A stretch of 39,288 nucleotides of DNA, taken from the NCBI GenBank assembly GCA_023261745.1, contig JAGDXR010000040.1, positions 4,682 through 43,969 of the forward strand, written 5' to 3'. Positions within the stretch are counted from its first letter, which is position 1. Every line of letters begins with the position of its first letter. This stretch comes from Thermoplasmata archaeon. GTDB taxonomy: Archaea; Thermoplasmatota; Thermoplasmata; Thermoplasmatales; ARK-15. The notes below the pieces were generated by a model. It searched no databases. It was given only the letters and a program-made list of their open reading frames with translations, and was not told the origin of the DNA. This document shows positions 27,204-33,565 of this stretch, in pieces. The position numbers and the translations under genes are program-made.

Positions 27204-27890
27204 ATGGTTGATGAAAATACGGTTTTAATGTTATTATCTTCGGTAATAGCCTTCCTATTCTTCATCATACTGTTTTATAAATACATGATAAGAAGGGATT
27301 CAAAATTTCTTTACTGGTCCATAGGTCTTTTGTTCATGTTTTTCGCATATCTCATAAATTTCTTTTCCCTTATATATTCATGGAATAATCTGCTTTTTGA
27401 TTCATATTATTTTTTTGCAATGGCAAATGTGGGTTTTCTAGGTCTGGGATCCGTTTCCCTGATAAATAAAAATAAAATTACAATGTTACTTTTGACTTAC
27501 AATATAATTATGTCCATGATTTTTCTTTTTGCAATATTATTTTCAAAAGCTAATCTGAATCTTGTTTTAAAGGGTAATTTCAATGCATTTCCAGCCTACG
27601 TATCTTTGCTTGGTGCACTGATCACTGTTCCTGGGGCCATATTTCTAATATTTATTTCCCTTTATTCCGCAATAAAACTCAAGAATAACAGGAATGCTCT
27701 TTTATACAATTCCTTGATTGCACTCGGCGCCATTATATTTTCAGCTGATGGATCCCTTACATTATCAGGAAATGTGACATTTTATTATACATTCCTTTTC
27801 CTTGGACTCGTGTTGATGTTTACTGGATTTCTGAATAGTATAAGTTTTAACAGTAAAATCGAAGTAAATGTTGCTAGAGATTTATCATAA
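27204..27890 (+). CDS. Polytopic membrane protein (about 7 predicted TM helices), unknown function
   Basis: Alternating hydrophobic stretches run throughout. No recognisable catalytic motif. The ATG lies about 64 nt downstream of the ATTATATAA box. Confidence 0.55.
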   Translation: MVDENTVLMLLSSVIAFLFFIILFYKYMIRRDSKFLYWSIGLLFMFFAYLINFFSLIYSWNNLLFDSYYFFAMANVGFLGLGSVSLINKNKITMLLLTYNIIMSMIFLFAILFSKANLNLVLKGNFNAFPAYVSLLGALITVPGAIFLIFISLYSAIKLKNNRNALLYNSLIALGAIIFSADGSLTLSGNVTFYYTFLFLGLVLMFTGFLNSISFNSKIEVNVARDLS

Positions 27891-27904
27891 TAATTTTCTC
27901 CTTA

Positions 27905-28015
27905 ATTTTTTATATGTCTGCTACTCCTCGCTAAAGCTTCGGAGCCTGTTGCTGGTCTCCCCTCCACCTGTGGCTGGAGGTTCATCGAACCGAAACGATC
28001 GGCTGACTGTGACCT
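27905..28015 (-). ncRNA. Candidate omega-RNA (reRNA) scaffold / right-end region of the IS200/IS605-type element
   Basis: This G+C-rich block (about 58% by hand count over 27921-28010, in a strongly A+T-rich window) lies immediately 3' of the tnpB reading frame. It contains stems such as CCTCCA-N8-TGGAGG and CCGA-N5-TCGG (minus-strand reading). Confidence 0.4.
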
Positions 28016-29049
28016 TTAATACTCAAATATAAAGAATATTTCAATATTCCTTGAGGCGTTCAGTTCAAACCCACAGTTCTTGCATCTGAATAATTAACCG
28101 TGCCTGTTATTTTTATCTATGTATCTGCACCTTGAACATTTATGCAATGTGTGTTCGGAATTTACATATACCACAATCTTATCTGCATCCTTGGCCCTGT
28201 ATTTTATGAACCTTTCCAGTTCTGCTTTTGACCTGATCCAATCATTTTCCTGAATTTTATGCTCAGAACGTTATGTCTCATATCTGCGTATTTCAATGAT
28301 TCAAGCGCAATCACATCATAGGGAAGTGAAACAATTCTCTTTGAGATCATATGATTGACATCACGCACGATCCGTCTTTTTCTTCCGCTTATTTTTTTCA
28401 ATTTCCTATGAGCAGAACGAGCACCTAAGTGCTGTAATCTCCTCTTTAAATATTGATATCTCCCTTTCACTTCCCTAAGATGTTTGCTGTTGAAAAATAT
28501 ATTGTTCGACAGTACTGCTATGTTCTTTATTCCTCTGTCTATTTTCAGTACTTTCACATTTTCTTTTTTCAACACCTCCTTATCAGGTATCTTTACCTGA
28601 ACCATTATAGATATCGTATTCCTTCTTTCATCTATTACCAGCTGGGCATTTGTGTATTCACCCCTGTATTTCTCGATTAAGGATGAATGCGCCACTGGAT
28701 ATACCAGCCTGTCCTGTACTGTGATGAGAGATATCCTATGTGAATCTGGATAGAACTTGAACGTCCTGTTATTATACCTTATTGTGAGTGATTTCTTCTT
28801 TATTTTCTTCTTGATTTTGGTTGCCTTAAATGCTTCCAAAGCTGTATCTCTGGCTATCTGCACCAGTGCTGATAGTAGTGTGGGTATCCTTTCCTTCACA
28901 GTCCTGTATTTACCTTTATTGATTCGGTTTATTGAACGTCTTATTCTCAAATCGTAGTCCATAACTATCTGTGTTGCTTCTTTGAACTGCCTAGCAGTTT
29001 AAATGAGTGATCTATCATACGGAAGCTTCAGTTTGATAGTTTTAAACAT
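28016..29049 (-). pseudogene. tnpB: tnpB (IS200/IS605-family OrfB, RuvC-like RNA-guided nuclease) pseudogene
   Basis: N-terminus MFKTIKLKLPYDRSLI. RuvC-I LKIDRGIKNIAV and RuvC-II VIALESL. After a frame change: WIRSKAELERFIKYRAKDADKIVVYVNSEHT, CSRCRYIDKNNRHG, FRCKNCGFELNASRNI. Lesions are an in-frame TAA at 29001-28999, a frameshift between about 28245 and 28300, an in-frame TAA at 28096-28094, and NAS where the RuvC-III NAD is expected. Confidence 0.85.
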
Positions 29050-29088
29050 TATTTATTAGGATAGCAAAATTATCAATAAGCCTTTCAA

Positions 29089-29145
29089 TTGAGGGAAGTT
29101 TGTGTATCTCCTCCCTGAAGGTCGGAGTTTTACTGCTTCCCTCAA
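29089..29145. repeat. Inverted repeat / hairpin with perfect 10-bp arms
   Basis: TTGAGGGAAG (29089-29098) and CTTCCCTCAA (29136-29145) are exact reverse complements separated by 37 nt. The 3' arm lies inside repeat copy B. Confidence 0.7.
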
Positions 29146-29182
29146 GCTCCTAACTTTCCTGTAATCCAATGTGATTATATAA
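29125..29182 (+). repeat. Copy B of the ~57-nt duplicated module ending in ATTATATAA
   Basis: GAGTTTTACTGCTTCCCTCAAGCTCCTAACTTTCCT followed 13 nt later by ATTATATAA; see copy A at 27084-27140. Confidence 0.8.
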
Positions 29183-29267
29183 AAAAAATAAACATGAAAT
29201 CTCCAATCTTTAGCGATGAAAGTATGTCAGTAAAATTTTATATATAAATCTTTTAAGTATATATTCA

Positions 29268-30032
29268 ATGAATAACAATATTTCTTCAAGCGACAGAATG
29301 GAGGTGGTAAACTCACTGAGGAAGAAGGCAGGTTATGATTTCATTGAGGAGGAATTACCTCCAATAATTAGAAGTAAAATAGGTAGATTATCTGAAAAAT
29401 GGGGGAAAATAAAATCCATGATTATGGAATATAATAATAAATCTGAAAACATAAAAAGAACAATTAATCTTTGCAAAACTGAAATAATTCTGTTAACAAT
29501 TTTAATTCTCTTCACACTATTGGTGAACTGGCCGGCATTACTGATCTATTTTGGCCTTTCATTTCTATTAGGATATAGGGATCAGAAAATATTTATATAT
29601 TCTATAATAATATTGATTTTGATCATCATATTATTTTTTGTAATAAATATATATTCTGTCTATATAATATCCGTATTATTCATTGGAGTATTCATTATAT
29701 ATTATAAAAATACTAAGGCTAAGAAAAATTATCTTGTTACCCTAAAAAACAATATAGATAATTTGGAAAGGGAATTTGAAAATGAATTAAATGATCTCTC
29801 TGATGAAATATTGAAATCTCACGAATACGTTTTTGAGGCAAAATTAGAAGGAAACAAAAATGTTGTTATAAATAAAAATATATCGAGAAATATAACAATA
29901 AAATGTGTGAGCTGTGGGGCTCCATTAACATTTGATCCTTCCCAGTATAAGTGGGAAAGAGGATCAATTGTGATTGAATGCCCTTACTGCGGAACTAAAA
30001 ATTATGTGAATAAGGATATTTTAAATAAATAA
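29268..30032 (+). CDS. Membrane protein with cytoplasmic N-domain, about 3-4 TM helices, coiled-coil segment and C-terminal C4 zinc ribbon; unknown function
   Basis: Hydrophobic core IILLTILILFTLLVNWPALLIYFGLSFLLGY...IIILILIIILFFVINIYSVYIISVLFIGVFIIYY. C-terminal CVSCGAPLTF...CPYCGTKNYV. Confidence 0.55.
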   Translation: MNNNISSSDRMEVVNSLRKKAGYDFIEEELPPIIRSKIGRLSEKWGKIKSMIMEYNNKSENIKRTINLCKTEIILLTILILFTLLVNWPALLIYFGLSFLLGYRDQKIFIYSIIILILIIILFFVINIYSVYIISVLFIGVFIIYYKNTKAKKNYLVTLKNNIDNLEREFENELNDLSDEILKSHEYVFEAKLEGNKNVVINKNISRNITIKCVSCGAPLTFDPSQYKWERGSIVIECPYCGTKNYVNKDILNK

Positions 30033-30097
30033 ATTTTTAGTTTTTTAAAAATATGATCGGTAAAAAAGTTTAAAAAAATGAGTTGAATTATGATTTT

Positions 30098-30793
30098 ATG
30101 GAAGATGGTAACTTAATCAAAGCTGAAAAATTTTACGAAAAGGAAATGTTTGACAGTGCTTTGGAATTATATTTAAAGGAATTTCCCAATCTGGATAATG
30201 AAAAGAAAATTGAAGTTGCAAAAAAGATTGCTGAATGCTATCTTTATAAGGAAAAACCTGACGTTGAAAAAGCACTTGAATATGAAAATATAGTTTTAAA
30301 TGGATTGAAGGATAAGGATCTTTTGAGGGAAAAGATTTTTTATTCAACTATACTTTCAGAAAGGGATCCCGAAAAGGCAAAATCAATTATTTTAGAAATA
30401 AAGGATGAGGCAGAAAAAAATGGTTATAAAGATATATTACCTGAGATCTACAATTCTATTGGTTTAATGCTCTGGAATACAAAGGAATCGGAAGATTATT
30501 TCATAAAAGCCATGAATTTATCTGCGGAAAACCATGACCTGGAGAATTACATAACAGCAATTCAAAATCTTGCATATATGGAAGCCGAAAGGGGTAATAG
30601 GCTTAAAGCAATGGAACTTCTTCAGAAGGCCATAAACACAATTGAAAATGAAAACGAAAAATTGCCAAAAACCAAGAGGAAAAGCTTTAAGGAATCATAT
30701 TCAGATCTGTATGATCAGGCAGCAAATCTGGCAATGGATATGGAGGATTTTGACCTGGCCATGGAAATATCTGAAAAAAGTTCAAAATATTAA
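30098..30793 (+). CDS. TPR-like repeat protein, unknown function
   Basis: Helical repeat units, e.g. KAEKFYEKEMFDSALELYLKEF, IYNSIGLMLWNTKESEDYFIKAMNL, AIQNLAYMEAERGNRLKAMELLQKAI. The ATG at 30098 is preferred over the TTG at 30083. Confidence 0.55.
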   Translation: MEDGNLIKAEKFYEKEMFDSALELYLKEFPNLDNEKKIEVAKKIAECYLYKEKPDVEKALEYENIVLNGLKDKDLLREKIFYSTILSERDPEKAKSIILEIKDEAEKNGYKDILPEIYNSIGLMLWNTKESEDYFIKAMNLSAENHDLENYITAIQNLAYMEAERGNRLKAMELLQKAINTIENENEKLPKTKRKSFKESYSDLYDQAANLAMDMEDFDLAMEISEKSSKY

Positions 30794-31497
30794 AGTGAAA
30801 AATTTTCCTTAATTAATTTAATCAATTTTTCCATTATATATTCATTGACTTTTTCTCCAAGTTCCCTGGTTGCTCCTGAAGGATCACTCAGTGTCCCATA
30901 TGGATATATTGATGAATAATTGTCTATTATCATATATTTGCCCTTTCCATGGAATAAAAATTTTGTATCCTTTTTAACCAGATCGGGTCTTATTGCCATC
31001 ATTCTTGAAGTTTCTATTAAACCTGCATGGGAATCATTTTCAGGGACTAGATTTCCTCTAAGCTCGTAAGCAATATCATAATCGGACAGAAACATGATTT
31101 TGACAGTATTCTCTCTGACTATTTTAATTGCTGCATCCCTTATGGCGGCCATGTGGATCGATCCAGCGTGTCCTGAGATTATCAGAATTTTTGTGAATTT
31201 CCATTTTATTACGGATAACAGAATATCATAAATTAGGGATCTCAAAGTGTCAAATGATACCGTTATTGTTCCCTCAAAATCATCCAGATCGGTATTTCCA
31301 TAATATATGGATGGCAGTATCACCGATTCTATTTTTTCTGATATTTTATTGGCAACAAATATTGCCTGGTCTGTATCAGATGATAATGGAAGATGAGGCC
31401 CATGCTCCTCGATTGAACCAACGGGTAAAATTACCAGAACATTATCCCTGTTTAATTTTTTAAAATCCTCAAATGTCAGATCTGTCCAATTAACCAT
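30790..31497 (-). CDS. Creatininase-family amidohydrolase (ArfB-like / creatinine amidohydrolase superfamily)
   Basis: VLVILPVGSIEEHGPHLPLSSDTDQA and ILIISGHAGSIHM..., SHAGLIETS: the metal-binding motifs typical of the family. Confidence 0.75.
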   Translation of the reverse strand: MVNWTDLTFEDFKKLNRDNVLVILPVGSIEEHGPHLPLSSDTDQAIFVANKISEKIESVILPSIYYGNTDLDDFEGTITVSFDTLRSLIYDILLSVIKWKFTKILIISGHAGSIHMAAIRDAAIKIVRENTVKIMFLSDYDIAYELRGNLVPENDSHAGLIETSRMMAIRPDLVKKDTKFLFHGKGKYMIIDNYSSIYPYGTLSDPSGATRELGEKVNEYIMEKLIKLIKENFSL

Positions 31498-31574
31498 GTT
31501 AGTTGATTAATTTAAGAATATAAAAAATTAACTGAAAAAGAAACAATAATTAATTTGAAAGATATTATGCATAT

Positions 31575-32870
31575 GTGATTGATATGAGCATGGAAGATGC
31601 ATTGAAGATTAGGGATCTAGCTATTCAGCACAATAAATATTTTGAGGAGTCAATTCCATTGATAGCAAGCGAGAATGTTATGTCCCCTCTGGCGAGGGAA
31701 ATGCTTTTGACTGATCTCGGTTCAAGATATGCTGAAGGGCTACCGGGAAAGAGATATTATCAGGGAAATCAGTATGTGGATCAGATAGAAATATTGACAA
31801 CAGATCTGGGTAAAAAATTATTCAATACAGATTATGTGGATGTAAGACCAATATCTGGAACAAATGCCAATCAGGCAGTTGTTTTTGCACTGACAAACCC
31901 TGGGGATCTCATTACAACCATACCCCTGGCCAGCGGTGCGCATATATCCAGTGCAAAGTTTGGGACTGTAGGTTTCAGAGGCTTGAATCCCATTCCATTA
32001 CCCTTTGATCATGAAATCATGAATGTTGATGTCGATCTTGCCTCTAGAATTATTAAACTGGTAAAACCAAAAGTAGCTCTTTTTGGACAATCCGTCTTTC
32101 TGTTCCCAACTCCATTGAAAGAACTTTCAGATGCGCTTCAGGAAGCTGATTCATTTGTATGGTATGATGGTGCGCATGTCCTGGGTTTAATTGCTGGAAA
32201 AAGGTTTCAGGATCCTCTGAGAGAGGGAGCACATGTTATCACAGGAAGCACACATAAAACTTTACCTGGTCCCCAGAGAGGAATAATCCTAGGAAATTCT
32301 AAGAATGAAGATATGTGGGAAAAGGTGCAGAGGGCAGTTTTCCCGGGAGTTATATCAAACCATCATCTCAATACTATGGCAGCATTGGGTATCACATTTG
32401 CGGAGCATCTGGAATATGGTGAAGCATATGCCGACCAGGTTATAAGAAATGCGAAAAGGTTGGCGGAAACAATGCATTCACTGGGATTCAAAGTTCTCGG
32501 CGAGAAGGTCGGATTTACAAAAAGCCATACGATTTTGGTGGATGTCAGGGAATATGGAGGGGGAAGAAAAATAGCTGAAAATCTTGAAAAGGCAAACATA
32601 GTTTTGAATATGAATCTTTTGCCTTACGATGATCAATCAAAGCCAAGAAACCCCAGTGGCATAAGGCTTGGAACACAGGAATTAACTAGAATAGGAATGA
32701 AGGAGAGCGATATGGACCATGTTGCTGAATTGATCAAAAAGATAACAATAGATAAAAAGAATCCCGAAGATGTCAGGAATGAGGTAATCGAGTTTAAGAA
32801 GAATTTCAGGACTGTAAAATACTGTTTCAACGACAATTTTGAGGCATATAAGTATATAAAATTAATTTAA
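31575..32870 (+). CDS. glyA: Serine hydroxymethyltransferase
   Basis: IPLIASENVMSPLAREML, SRYAEGLPGKRYYQG, and the PLP-lysine block ITGSTHKTLPGPQRG. The start is GTG 31575 or ATG 31584/31590. Confidence 0.92.
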   Translation: MIDMSMEDALKIRDLAIQHNKYFEESIPLIASENVMSPLAREMLLTDLGSRYAEGLPGKRYYQGNQYVDQIEILTTDLGKKLFNTDYVDVRPISGTNANQAVVFALTNPGDLITTIPLASGAHISSAKFGTVGFRGLNPIPLPFDHEIMNVDVDLASRIIKLVKPKVALFGQSVFLFPTPLKELSDALQEADSFVWYDGAHVLGLIAGKRFQDPLREGAHVITGSTHKTLPGPQRGIILGNSKNEDMWEKVQRAVFPGVISNHHLNTMAALGITFAEHLEYGEAYADQVIRNAKRLAETMHSLGFKVLGEKVGFTKSHTILVDVREYGGGRKIAENLEKANIVLNMNLLPYDDQSKPRNPSGIRLGTQELTRIGMKESDMDHVAELIKKITIDKKNPEDVRNEVIEFKKNFRTVKYCFNDNFEAYKYIKLI

Positions 32871-32935
32871 ATCTTTTAAATTTTATTTATTTATAATTTG
32901 AAAACATTTATGCTTTCATATACCTTGATTTATTT

Positions 32936-33565
32936 ATGAAGATTGCACCTTCGATAGTATCAGCGGATCTAACATGCCTTGAAAATGTTATTGAAATACT
33001 TGAAAAGAATGGTATTGATCTTTATCATGTTGATGTGATGGATGGCCATTTTGTTCCTAACATTACAGTCGGTCCAGACTTCATAAAAAATTTGAGAAAA
33101 TTAACTGAACTGCCTATTGAATCCCATCTTATGATAACCAATCCGGAAAAATATGTAAAAAGATTCATGGAAGCAGGATCAGATATGATAACATTACATT
33201 CTGAATTGAGTTCTTCAAAGGATATATTGAAAAATTTAATGGATGTAAAAAGAGGCATTGCAATAAATCCATCCACACCAGCTGAAATTTTAAATGATTA
33301 TTATGGTATTGTTGATTATGTTCTAATAATGTCTGTAAATCCCGGTTTTTCAGGTCAGAAATTCATCCCTGATGTGATACCGAAATTGATAAGAGCTCGT
33401 GAGATATTCGGTGAAAAAATTGAAATTTCGATTGATGGAGGCATAAATTCAGAAACCGTAAAATTTGTAAAAAATTATGTTGATATAATCTGTTCCGCCT
33501 CAGGAATTTTCAGTGGAAATATAGAGGAAAATTTAAAAAAGTTAAGATTGAATTCAATCCCATGA
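32936..33565 (+). CDS. rpe: Ribulose-phosphate 3-epimerase
   Basis: MKIAPSIVSADLTCLE...LYHVDVMDGHFVPNITVGP, VLIMSVNPGFSGQKFIP, ISIDGGIN. Confidence 0.92.
   Translation: MKIAPSIVSADLTCLENVIEILEKNGIDLYHVDVMDGHFVPNITVGPDFIKNLRKLTELPIESHLMITNPEKYVKRFMEAGSDMITLHSELSSSKDILKNLMDVKRGIAINPSTPAEILNDYYGIVDYVLIMSVNPGFSGQKFIPDVIPKLIRAREIFGEKIEISIDGGINSETVKFVKNYVDIICSASGIFSGNIEENLKKLRLNSIP

Larger units (their letters stand above)
27900..29150 (-). mobile_element. Decayed IS200/IS605-family (tnpB-only, IS1341-like) element; boundaries approximate
   Basis: A tnpB pseudogene with a structured G+C-rich 3' block on one side and a 10-bp-stem hairpin (29089-29145) on the 5' side. No tnpA is present. The exact ends cannot be fixed without a second copy. 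Confidence 0.5.

Noticed and set aside
26398-30793. tRNA-Ala-targeted integrated element (genomic island with att duplication)
   Set aside because: The islet abuts the 5' end of the tRNA, not the 3' end. No integrase gene is present, and I found no direct repeat of the tRNA 3' half elsewhere in the window.
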